Source: Actinomycetes bacterium (lineage in GTDB: Bacteria > Actinomycetota > Acidimicrobiia > Acidimicrobiales > JAJYXR01). Taken from it: a stretch of 64,000 nt of DNA. The position numbers were made by a program, and so were the translations under genes. The stretch lies in NCBI GenBank assembly GCA_021801795.1, contig JAJYXR010000007.1, positions 5,048 through 69,047 of the forward strand, given 5' to 3'. Below the pieces are notes generated by a model, which saw only the letters and a list, made by a program, of their open reading frames with translations, made no database searches and was not told the DNA's origin. This document shows, in pieces, positions 34,153 through 42,676 of the stretch (position 1 is its first letter; each line of letters starts with the position of its first letter).

Positions 34153-34932
34153 ATGGATGCGGACCAGCCCAACATGGACCCGGCGGGACACGAGGCACAG
34201 CGCCCGAGGAGACCTCCCGCTGGTGAACCGCCGCCCATGGACCACCACCACCGGAACATCCAGGGTGGCTGGGCGCGAGCCGCGGTCTTCGGGGTCAGCG
34301 ACGGGCTCGTCACGAACGTTTCGCTGGTGCTCGGCATGGCAGGAGCGCACCCGGTCCAGTCGATAGTCAGGCTCGCCGGGCTCGCAGGGCTCATAGCCGG
34401 CTCCTTCTCCATGGGCGCGGGGGAGTACATATCGATGCGTGCCCAGCGTGAGCTACTGGAGCGGGAGCTGGCACTCGAGCGATACGAGATACACCACCGC
34501 CCCGAGGGCGAGCGGAGGGAGCTGGTTCACATATACGAGTCACGGGGCCTCGAACCGCAGTTGGCCAGGGAGCTTGCCGACCAGATGATGCGTGACCCCG
34601 ACGTGGCCCTGGAGACTCACGCTCGCGAGGAGCTGGGGATATATCCCGGTGCCCTCGGCGTCCCGCTCCAGGCAGCGGCATCCTCCTTCCTCACCTTCGC
34701 GCTGGGCGCCCTGGTGCCCCTCCTGCCCTGGCTGTTCACCGGCGGTACGCGAGCCGAGCTCGCATCGGTGGCAATGGCCGGCCTGGCGGCTCTCGGCATC
34801 GGCTTCGCGCTGTCCTTCTACACCGGCAGGTCCCGCTGGTGGTCCTCCCTGCGCCAGCTCGGCATCTCGGCAGCCGCGGCAGCCATCACCTGGTCCATCG
34901 GGCATGCTCTCGGCGGCGGGAGCGTCACCTGA
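34153..34932 (+). CDS. VIT1/CCC1-family iron/manganese transporter
   Basis: AAVFGVSDGLVTNVSLVLGMAGA, FSMGAGEYISMRAQRE and C-terminal TM helices are typical of the VIT family. Confidence 0.85.
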   Translation: MDADQPNMDPAGHEAQRPRRPPAGEPPPMDHHHRNIQGGWARAAVFGVSDGLVTNVSLVLGMAGAHPVQSIVRLAGLAGLIAGSFSMGAGEYISMRAQRELLERELALERYEIHHRPEGERRELVHIYESRGLEPQLARELADQMMRDPDVALETHAREELGIYPGALGVPLQAAASSFLTFALGALVPLLPWLFTGGTRAELASVAMAGLAALGIGFALSFYTGRSRWWSSLRQLGISAAAAAITWSIGHALGGGSVT

Positions 34933-34978
34933 GCGCGCCGCCATGCGCCATGTGGCAGGCTGCGGGACGCTGGGCAGC

Positions 34979-35062
34979 TCAGGAGTAGTAGCGGTAGACC
35001 ACCTCGGCCACGCAGCAGGGTTTCTCGGCTCCATCGGACTCGATGGTCAGTGCGGCGGTCAT
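34979..35062 (-). pseudogene. 27-codon remnant of a MaoC-like dehydratase 3' end
   Basis: MTAALTIESDGAEKPCCVAEVVYRYYS* compared with ..LGLTIEAEGSEKPCCVAEVVYRYYA* at the end of the 30668 gene, with ~85% nucleotide identity over ~70 nt. Its ATG overlaps the stop of the 35059-37413 gene (ATGA). Confidence 0.6.
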
Positions 35063-37413
35063 CCGGCGGCCTTCAGGTCCTTCCGGACGGTAGCCAGGTA
35101 CTTCCTGAACCCCGGGTCGCGCGGATCCCAGTGCACGGCTGCCTCGGTCTCGCTCAGTGCCTGGCTCAGGTACGACCTCTGCTTCGCCGGGTAGAGGTGC
35201 GAGAGGCCCACGAGCACCTGGGCGAGCTCGTAACGGTACTGGCTGGCCTCGGGCTCGGCCCTCACGGCTGCCACCAGGTAGGTGTCTGCCTGGGAGAGGT
35301 CGGTCTGCTGTGTGCTGGCGGTGGTGGACTTGCTCGCCGCGACCGCCAGATCGACGCCCGCGGCGGCAGGGTAACGCGCTGCCCAGGGGTTCAGCACCAT
35401 GGCATGGTTCAGATCCGCGAAGTACTCGCTACCGAGATGGCTCACGGCCGAGGAGGAGGCACCGGACTTCTCCGCGTGGACATAGGCGGCCTGTATCTTC
35501 TCTGCCTGCCAGTAGTCGTGCCCTGCACGCCAGGGACCGTCGGCGCCGTAGGCGACCAGCCCACCCACCACGATGCAGGCCAGGCCGGTCAGCAGGGTGG
35601 GCCATCCCCGCCCGTCCCACCAGCCGGTGCGCCCAGGCGCAGCTCTGGTGGCCTTCGCACCTCCAGCCCCGGGGGCGCCTGGGGGCTCAGGGGTGCTGGA
35701 ACCCGAGACACCGGAGCGCACCAGCAGATCCAGGGCCCCCGCGCTCACCACGGCCAGGAGCCCGAGCAGGAGCCACCAGGACATCGAGAGGGCTATCTGC
35801 TGGATGTTGAAGACGGCCTGCACCACGTAGGCCACGAGCCCGGCTGCCACCGCCCCGAGCACCACCCGCCTGGTGGTGGCCTCTGCCGACTCGGCCACCC
35901 CGGCGCGCTCCACGCGCCGGAGCCTCATAAGGGCTCTGAGCGAGATCACCCCCGCGGCCACCACCAGTGCCACCAGTAGGGCCAGCCCGACGAAGCCGCG
36001 GTCGGCCAGGGTGTTCATGAAGATGTCGTGCGCTCCGTCTGCTGCGTATACGAAACCCAGGTACTTCGCCCAGCTGGCGCTCTCGTAGCGGGGGAAGACG
36101 TACACGAAGGTGTCCGAGCCGGTCCCTGTGAGCGGGTGGTGGGCCGCGATATGGAGTGCCGCGGTCCACATGTCGAAACGCTGTGCGACGCTGCTGGAGG
36201 GCCCGGAGCGAAAGAGGCTCGATATCTTCCCACCGACGTAGTGGGCCCCACCCAGGGCGAAGATGACCGTGGCTGCTCCTGCTGCTGCCAGAACGCCGGC
36301 AACCGGCAGCGCGGGCCGGCGGCGGATCTCCGGCCACATGACGATGGCGAGCACCACCCCAGACGCGATCACGGCCACCCAGGCACCCCGGGCCGCGCTC
36401 TGGAGCAGCTCTGCCAGCAGCGCTACCACCAGGACGCCTACGCCGAGCTGGACGAGCCGGTTCCTCGACCGCAGCCCCAGCAGCACGCAGGTGGGCAGCA
36501 CGATGGAGATGTACCCCGCGAGGTGGTTCGGGTTACCGAGGGTGGAGAAGACGTTATGGAAGGGGAGGCCCTTTATCCAGTGGACGAAGTCCCAGTGGTG
36601 GCCGTGGAGCACCAGGTCGTGGAGCTGGACCAGCCCGTACCAGGCCGCCACGCTGCCTGCGCCGAACGCGAGCGTTCCGAGCACCGCGGGCACGTCGGAG
36701 GCATCGAATGCCTCTGCAGCGGAGAAGGTGAGGGTGACGAATGCCAGCGCCGAGTAGAAGCCGTCGTAGGAGCCATGCGCCCCGAGCATGCTCAGGTGCA
36801 CGTTCACGCTGGTGAGGGAGCTCACGAGCACCCAGAGCAGGTAGGCGCCGAGCAGCCAGTGCAGGCCGTTGCGCCACCTCGGCAGGGCTCCGCTCGAGAC
36901 CGTGCCGGTGATCCACAGACCAGCCAGGACCAGGGATCCGACCACCAGCACGGTGTACTTCGGCAGGTCGAACACGTCGGTGGTGTGGGGATCGAAGACC
37001 ACTGGCACCACCAGGGCCATCGCCATCACGGTGAGGGCCCTGGCCGCCCTGAAGGGCTCCTTGCCCCGCGCCACCGAGGCCGCGGCCACCCCAGTCCCCA
37101 CGAGGGCCCCTAGGAGCACCATGAGGAACACGGTGAAGGTCCAGGAGGTGATGATGCCGCCGGCCCATGCGAGGACGAGCACCAGCCAGGCCGCCCCCAG
37201 CCAGGCCGCCACGGGAACAGGCACGCCGGCGGGCACCAGCCGCTCGAAGCGCTCCATCCAGGGGGCCAGTGGGCGTCCTGTCTCGTCGGCCACCCGATGC
37301 CCGGTGTGCCGGTTACGGTTCGCTCCCCGCGGGGCCTGGCGTGTGGCCTGCCGCTGTGCCTGGGTCACCTGGGCTTCCCGAAGTGCCCTCTTGCGCGCTC
37401 CCTCTCTCGGCAC
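35059..37413 (-). CDS. O-antigen ligase/polymerase-like (Wzy_C) polytopic membrane protein with a C-terminal soluble helical-repeat domain
   Basis: At least 10 TM helices. GAHDIFMNTLADRGFVGLALL resembles the Wzy_C/O-antigen ligase loop motif. The C-terminal ~200 aa are soluble and TPR-like. Confidence 0.7.
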   Translation of the reverse strand: MPREGARKRALREAQVTQAQRQATRQAPRGANRNRHTGHRVADETGRPLAPWMERFERLVPAGVPVPVAAWLGAAWLVLVLAWAGGIITSWTFTVFLMVLLGALVGTGVAAASVARGKEPFRAARALTVMAMALVVPVVFDPHTTDVFDLPKYTVLVVGSLVLAGLWITGTVSSGALPRWRNGLHWLLGAYLLWVLVSSLTSVNVHLSMLGAHGSYDGFYSALAFVTLTFSAAEAFDASDVPAVLGTLAFGAGSVAAWYGLVQLHDLVLHGHHWDFVHWIKGLPFHNVFSTLGNPNHLAGYISIVLPTCVLLGLRSRNRLVQLGVGVLVVALLAELLQSAARGAWVAVIASGVVLAIVMWPEIRRRPALPVAGVLAAAGAATVIFALGGAHYVGGKISSLFRSGPSSSVAQRFDMWTAALHIAAHHPLTGTGSDTFVYVFPRYESASWAKYLGFVYAADGAHDIFMNTLADRGFVGLALLVALVVAAGVISLRALMRLRRVERAGVAESAEATTRRVVLGAVAAGLVAYVVQAVFNIQQIALSMSWWLLLGLLAVVSAGALDLLVRSGVSGSSTPEPPGAPGAGGAKATRAAPGRTGWWDGRGWPTLLTGLACIVVGGLVAYGADGPWRAGHDYWQAEKIQAAYVHAEKSGASSSAVSHLGSEYFADLNHAMVLNPWAARYPAAAGVDLAVAASKSTTASTQQTDLSQADTYLVAAVRAEPEASQYRYELAQVLVGLSHLYPAKQRSYLSQALSETEAAVHWDPRDPGFRKYLATVRKDLKAAG

Positions 37414-37507
37414 GAGACGCGAGGCTAGCCGCTCGGCGCCGGGGCCGAGCGGACACAGGCTTGGTGCCCCCGAGACGATCCGGGAACGTCCGCCGGGCGG
37501 AGAAAGC

Positions 37508-38170
37508 TCAGCGGACCCGGCGGAGAAAGCCTCTCGGGTTGAAGGTCATGGCGAACTTCTCGCGGGAGGCGTCCACCTCGAAGCGGTCGTTCCTGGCGAG
37601 GAAGTCCTCTACCGCCTCGTAGGGCCCTGGCCCGAAGTCGGCTGCCACCGGGTGTCCGTTCACGTTCGTGTCCTCCACCACCAGGTAGCTCCCGAGGGTG
37701 ACCAGGGGGGCATACACCTCTAGCTCGGCGCTTACGTGGGCTGCGGAGTGGTCGGAGTCGAGGATCACCATCACCACGGTGGCGTCGTGGGCCATCTGGC
37801 GAACCCTGCCTACCATCTGGGGGTCCGTGGATGAACCATGGAGGTAGCTGATCCGCGGGTGGACGGGGCGCTCTGCGATGTCCAGGACGTCCACCGACAC
37901 CACCCTCCCGGTTCCGAGGAGGTCGCAGATCGAGGCCAGGTACAGAGCGCTGCCGCCGTGGGCGGTGCCGGTCTCCACCACCAGGTCAGGCCGTAGCTCG
38001 TACATCAGCTCCTGGTAGACCCAGAGGTCGAGCGGGCACTTCTGGGTGGGGACCCCGAGAAAGTAGGTGTCCTGCCAGGTCCGCTCGAGGCTGTCGTAGT
38101 AGAGCCGGTGGAAGTCCTCTACTACCCGAGTGTCGACCCGTGGCTGGCTGGTGGTGTCATCGCTGCTCAC
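37508..38170 (-). CDS. CmcI/cephalosporin-hydroxylase-family class I methyltransferase (sugar O-methyltransferase-like)
   Basis: FLGVPTQKCPLDLWVYQELMYELRPDLVVETGTAHGGSALYLA closely matches the CmcI-family core. Confidence 0.8.
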   Translation of the reverse strand: MSSDDTTSQPRVDTRVVEDFHRLYYDSLERTWQDTYFLGVPTQKCPLDLWVYQELMYELRPDLVVETGTAHGGSALYLASICDLLGTGRVVSVDVLDIAERPVHPRISYLHGSSTDPQMVGRVRQMAHDATVVMVILDSDHSAAHVSAELEVYAPLVTLGSYLVVEDTNVNGHPVAADFGPGPYEAVEDFLARNDRFEVDASREKFAMTFNPRGFLRRVR

Positions 38171-38363
38171 TTCCGCACCATCTGGCGCAGCCTAGTGCAG
38201 TGTCTCAGTTTTACGCGGTGACTCGATCGAGGGCGATCCGGTCGCGCATTCCTGCCATCTGGGCCCAGGGGTTGGCTCGATGAGCCGGGCCAAGGCTGCC
38301 GAGCGCCGGACTCATAGGCGCTGATGTGGGAACCCGGCTGAAGATCGCCGATGCCAGAGGATC

Positions 38364-39170
38364 TCAGAGGGCGAGGTGGGATCCCTCCCAGAGGCGGATC
38401 CCGCCGAGTATGCCCGCGGAGTTGTCGACGATGCTGACGTCATGACCGAGGTCGATGTCTATGCGCCTGGCGTTGCCACCGCCTATGTAGCAGTGGTCGA
38501 AGAAGGTGAGCGCCCGCATGGCCGCGACGGCCTTCCTGACCCTGTGGTTCCACTTCAGGTCGCCGATCAGCCGCCTGGTCGGCTCGCCGAGCTGCTCGTT
38601 ATAGGTCTCGCCCTTCCTGAAGCGCTGGTGCGCGAGCTCGAGATGGGGTAGGAGCTTCCCGTCGAAGAAGAGCGCGGTGCCATAGCCGGTGCCGAGGGTG
38701 AGGACCAGCTCGAGGCCCTTGCCGGCCACGACAGCGGCCCCCTGGACATCGGCGTCGTTCGCCACCTTCGCGGGGCAGCCGAGCCTGCTGGCCAGAGCCG
38801 CGGCCAGGTCGAAGTGGCTCCAGGCGTCGACCAGCTCGGGCCTCGATTCCGTGCCCGGTCCGGCCTCGGTGACGAAGTGGGGTGCGCTCAGGATGCGCCC
38901 GCCACGCACCATGCCGGGAAAGCCAGCGGACAGCCTGTCGAAGGCCGGTAGCGGCGCCACCAGGTCAGCCAGAACATCCACCATCCGGTCGGGGGGCATC
39001 GGGTAGGTGGTCGGCACCTTCACACGGTCTGCGACCATCCGCCCCGACGCGTCGAGCACCGAGGCCTTCAGGCCGGTACCCCCTATGTCGATTGCGAGGG
39101 TGAATGGGTGCCGAGGCGCCTCCTGGCCAGCGAGTGGCGAGCCAGTCGTGTCTCCACCGGGAGCGGTCAC
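38364..39170 (-). CDS. ppgK: ROK-family polyphosphate/ATP glucokinase
   Basis: The GTG at 39170 overlaps the upstream stop (GTGA at 39167-39170). FTLAIDIGGTGLKASVLD and GTGYGTALFFDGKLLPHLELAH match PpgK-like ROK kinases. The track ORF extends to 39350. Confidence 0.8.
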   Translation of the reverse strand: MTAPGGDTTGSPLAGQEAPRHPFTLAIDIGGTGLKASVLDASGRMVADRVKVPTTYPMPPDRMVDVLADLVAPLPAFDRLSAGFPGMVRGGRILSAPHFVTEAGPGTESRPELVDAWSHFDLAAALASRLGCPAKVANDADVQGAAVVAGKGLELVLTLGTGYGTALFFDGKLLPHLELAHQRFRKGETYNEQLGEPTRRLIGDLKWNHRVRKAVAAMRALTFFDHCYIGGGNARRIDIDLGHDVSIVDNSAGILGGIRLWEGSHLAL

Positions 39171-40423
39171 GTCCGGGTGAGCTTCCAGGTGAGCGAGGCC
39201 CCGCTCAGGCTCCCCTCGGCCACCACAGGCACGCTGGCCTGCTCGGAGCCGATCGAGACGACCAGGTTCCCCATGGGGGAGCCCTTCACGATGGGTGCCG
39301 CTACCTTCCTGGTGAGATGCAGGGTCTCGGTCACGGTGGCTCCTGGCCATGCCACCAGCGTCGCTCCCGAGGCCGCCACCAGAGGGACCGAGGAGCTGTA
39401 GGGGGCGGTGATGGTGGCCACCGTGGTCCCCTTGGCCAGCACCTGGTCCACCTGGACAGCACCTGCGGCCGCGGTGGCAAGCGAGGAGCCGACCGACAGG
39501 GCAGTGGGCAGCGGGGTCACCCCCTGCTGGCCGAGCACCGCGCCTATGACCGTCACCTTATGGGCGTCGACGGTGTGCTGGGCAGCGAACACGAACGACC
39601 CCCCACCGGCAGGCACCCAGCCGGTCTTCACCCCCACGATCCCGTTCTTTCCCAGATCTGCGTTCACGTTCGGCTGGACCCCAGCCACGGGCAGGGTCAC
39701 CTGAGCCATGGAGACGATCCCCGCGAAGACCGGGTTCGCCATGGCCGCCTCGGCGACCTTCAGCTGGTCCCTCGCAGTGGAGACGGTGGCGGGGTTCACC
39801 CCGCTGGCATCCGCGTAGTGGGTGTGGTGGAGGCCGAGAGCCTGGGCGCGCTGGTCCATACGGGTGACAAAGGCGGGCACGCTGCCGGCATCCCAGTCGG
39901 CCAGCAGCTCTGCCATGTTGTCCCCCGAGGGTATGAGGGCTCCTTCTAGTGCCTGGAGCTCCGTGATCTTCTCGCCTGGAGTGACGGCGACCACCGAGTC
40001 GCCCTCGGACTTATCGGTGAGGTACTGCTGGACGTCGGCCTGGGTGATGGTGATGGAGGGGCCGCTCTCGCCCAGGGTGAGCGGGTGGTCGTCGAGGATC
40101 ACGAGCGCGGTCATCATCTTCGTCAGGCTCGCGATCGCGTACTGCTGGTCACCACCGTAGGAGCCCATGGTCCCAGCTCCTTCGACCGCCACGGTGGCCG
40201 TGCCCATGGAGGGCCACGGAAGGCTCGGGGGACCGCCGGGGAGGGAATGGGATGCAGGAACGTCCATCGTGAGGGCCGGCGCAGGCGTGGAGCGCACCAG
40301 CTGGACCACCACCAGCACCAGCACCACGATCACCACCAGGGTGACGACGATGCGCGACATGGCCAGGGGGGCATCGGATCGTGCGGCATGGCTCGCACGG
40401 CGTGTCGTGTCGTAAGGGCTCAC
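39167..40423 (-). CDS. D-alanyl-D-alanine carboxypeptidase (serine peptidase S11)
   Basis: N-terminal TM anchor. SLTK (SxxK), SGDN (SxN-like) and KTG (GVKTGW) motifs appear in the canonical order. Confidence 0.85.
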   Translation of the reverse strand: MSPYDTTRRASHAARSDAPLAMSRIVVTLVVIVVLVLVVVQLVRSTPAPALTMDVPASHSLPGGPPSLPWPSMGTATVAVEGAGTMGSYGGDQQYAIASLTKMMTALVILDDHPLTLGESGPSITITQADVQQYLTDKSEGDSVVAVTPGEKITELQALEGALIPSGDNMAELLADWDAGSVPAFVTRMDQRAQALGLHHTHYADASGVNPATVSTARDQLKVAEAAMANPVFAGIVSMAQVTLPVAGVQPNVNADLGKNGIVGVKTGWVPAGGGSFVFAAQHTVDAHKVTVIGAVLGQQGVTPLPTALSVGSSLATAAAGAVQVDQVLAKGTTVATITAPYSSSVPLVAASGATLVAWPGATVTETLHLTRKVAAPIVKGSPMGNLVVSIGSEQASVPVVAEGSLSGASLTWKLTRT

Positions 40424-41106
40424 CGGCGAGACAGGTTAGGCGACGCCGGCACCCCCGATGGGTCGCGCAGGCCCCAGCGCTCGTGATGGACCACCGCGGA
40501 CAGGGGGAGCCTGCTCCGCCAGCCTGCCCGTTCCAGATCGGGGACCTCCTGGAGCGAGCTGACCGGACCGATGCAGAGCCATGCCACGGGCCTGATCGAG
40601 GCGGGAATCCCCAGCAGGTCCGCGAGGAAGGACTCCCGGTAGAAGGAGACCCATCCCATCCCCCATCCCTCTGCCGTGCAGGCCAGCCAGAGATTCTCGA
40701 TGGCCAGGCAGACCGAGTAGAGGCCGGCGTCGGCTATGGCGTGGCGCCCGAGCACGTTCGGTGCGCCACGGGCCGGGTCGTAGGTGACCACCACCGAGAG
40801 GCTGGCCTCGAGCACCCCGTCGATCTTTATCCCCGCGAAACGCTCCGCCAGCTCCCCGTCGAGAGCGGCGGCGAAGACCTCTCTCTCGGACTGGACGTGC
40901 TCCCAGAAGGCCTGGCGCGTGGCGCGGTCCTCCACGATGACGAAATCCCACGGCTGGGAGAGGCCGACGCTCGGGGCGCTGTGGGCTGCGGAGAGGACCC
41001 TGTCTAGGACCAGCGGGGATACGGGCTCGCCGGTGAACTCGGCACGCACGTCACGCCTGGCATGTATCACCTCGTAGAGGCCGGGTGCCGCTTCACTCGG
41101 TTGCAC
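40420..41106 (-). CDS. bluB: 5,6-dimethylbenzimidazole synthase / nitroreductase-family protein
   Basis: LYEVIHARRDVRAEFTGEPV...HSAPSVGLSQPWDFVIV matches the BluB subgroup of nitroreductases. Confidence 0.7.
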   Translation of the reverse strand: MQPSEAAPGLYEVIHARRDVRAEFTGEPVSPLVLDRVLSAAHSAPSVGLSQPWDFVIVEDRATRQAFWEHVQSEREVFAAALDGELAERFAGIKIDGVLEASLSVVVTYDPARGAPNVLGRHAIADAGLYSVCLAIENLWLACTAEGWGMGWVSFYRESFLADLLGIPASIRPVAWLCIGPVSSLQEVPDLERAGWRSRLPLSAVVHHERWGLRDPSGVPASPNLSRR

Positions 41107-41257
41107 GCACCGACCTTACCGGGTGCCGGCCCGCCCGAGCGCGGCCCGAGCGCGTGCGCAGCTCGTCCCGAGGGTGGCACGAGCGCGGGCCGAGCATGGG
41201 CCTTCAAGTGCCCGGCGGAAACGGCACCGGCTGTCCTGTGCCGGTAGCCTGTCTGCC

Positions 41258-42676
41258 GTGACCACTTCACCCTGGCTGTCGGATGCCTGCTCCCTGGTGG
41301 ACGCCTACCGCAAGGGCGAGACCACCCCGACGGAGGCCACCGAGGCCTGCATCGAGGCCATCGGCTCGTCGAGCCTGAACGCGGTGTCCTATGTGGATGC
41401 CGAGGCCGCGCTCGAAGCCGCCTCGCGGGCCGACGTGTCACTTCCCTTCGGTGGGGTCCCCATGGGCGTGAAGGAGCTCGACCAGGTGGCTGGCTGGCCC
41501 TACAGCGAGGCCTCCCTGGTGTTCGCCGACCGGAAGGCCACCGTGACGACCACGATGGTGGAGCGACTGCGGGCCGCTGGAGCCGTCATTCTGGCTCAGA
41601 CCACGGCCAGCGAGTTCGGCGGGGTGAACTGCACCAGCACCCGGATGCATGGCACCACCTCGAACCCCTGGGACCAGGAGCGCACCCCGGGAGGATCCTC
41701 AGGGGGTTCTGCTGCGGCGGTGGCAGGAGGTCTGGTGCCTATCGCCACCGGCGGCGACGGGGGCGGCTCGATACGGATCCCGGCGGGCTTCACCGGCCTG
41801 TTCGGGCTGAAGTCCACCTTCGGCCGGATCCCGAAGGGTCCCCACGCCACCCAGACCCCCCTCACCGTGACCCTGGGATGCCTGTCGAGGTCCGTAGCCG
41901 ACACTGCTCGCTGGTTCGACGTCTGCAACGGCTACGACGTTCGCGACACCCTCAGCCTCCCCAGGGTCGAGGGGTGGGAGTCGGGGCTCGGAACCCGGCT
42001 CGGCGCACTGGCCGGGAAGCGGGCCGTCATCTCGGTGGATCTCGGCACCGCCGTGGTAGCTCCTCGGGTGGCCGAGGTGGTGAGCGATGCTGCGGAGGCA
42101 CTGGTGGCAGACGCTGGCCTACGGAGGGTGGACGTAGCCATCTCGATCCCGCAGGGTGGTTTCGAGTGGGCCATGTCGAACCTGGTCACCCTCGCCGCGA
42201 CACTGGGTGACCGCTACCCGGACTGCGCGGACCTGCTGACCCCTGAGATCCTCTTCGGGATGAACATCGCCTCCCACCACTTCGACCTCACCATGGCGGG
42301 CGCGAACGAGACCTTCCGGGTGGGGCTGAACGAGACGATGGCCGAGGTCTTCGACCAGGCGGACTTCGTGTTCGCCGCGACGAACCCCGACGTGGCCTTC
42401 GCGGCAGCCGGCCCCCTCCCGACCGAGGTGGGGGGGGTGGAGCTGGCTAACTCCCTTGGATTCGAGAAGGCCCTCGCGAACAACGGCGCCCTCACCATGC
42501 CGGCGAACCTCACCGGGTGCCCCGCTGTGTCCATACCGGCCGGGCTGGTAGATGGCCTGCCGGTGGGCCTCCAGGTGATCGCCCGCCATCACAGCGAGGA
42601 GCTGCTCCTCGAGCTGGCCCTCATAGCGGAGCGGGAGCGTCCCTGGCCGCTGGTGGCACCACGCGCACCCTGCTGA
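41258..42676 (+). CDS. Amidase (amidase-signature family)
   Basis: GGSSGGSAAAVAGGLVPIATGGDGGGSIRIPA is the AS signature. GTG 41258 gives a typical N-terminus; the track ORF starts at 41123. Confidence 0.85.
   Translation: MTTSPWLSDACSLVDAYRKGETTPTEATEACIEAIGSSSLNAVSYVDAEAALEAASRADVSLPFGGVPMGVKELDQVAGWPYSEASLVFADRKATVTTTMVERLRAAGAVILAQTTASEFGGVNCTSTRMHGTTSNPWDQERTPGGSSGGSAAAVAGGLVPIATGGDGGGSIRIPAGFTGLFGLKSTFGRIPKGPHATQTPLTVTLGCLSRSVADTARWFDVCNGYDVRDTLSLPRVEGWESGLGTRLGALAGKRAVISVDLGTAVVAPRVAEVVSDAAEALVADAGLRRVDVAISIPQGGFEWAMSNLVTLAATLGDRYPDCADLLTPEILFGMNIASHHFDLTMAGANETFRVGLNETMAEVFDQADFVFAATNPDVAFAAAGPLPTEVGGVELANSLGFEKALANNGALTMPANLTGCPAVSIPAGLVDGLPVGLQVIARHHSEELLLELALIAERERPWPLVAPRAPC

Noticed and set aside
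34540-35034. 164-aa minus-strand ORF downstream of the VIT transporter
   Set aside because: It is antisense to the well-supported VIT gene. Only the separate 27-codon frame at 34979-35062 shows real similarity, to the MaoC 3' end.
35050-37113. Plus-strand ORFs 35050-35979 and 36028-37113 opposite the O-antigen-ligase-like gene
   Set aside because: They are shadow ORFs. The minus-strand frame gives a coherent polytopic membrane protein, whereas these give Arg/Gly/His-rich sequence.
38171-38363. 193-bp intergenic region between the CmcI-like methyltransferase and ppgK, considered as a possible small RNA or riboswitch
   Set aside because: I could not identify a convincing conserved structure, promoter/terminator pair or repeat by eye.
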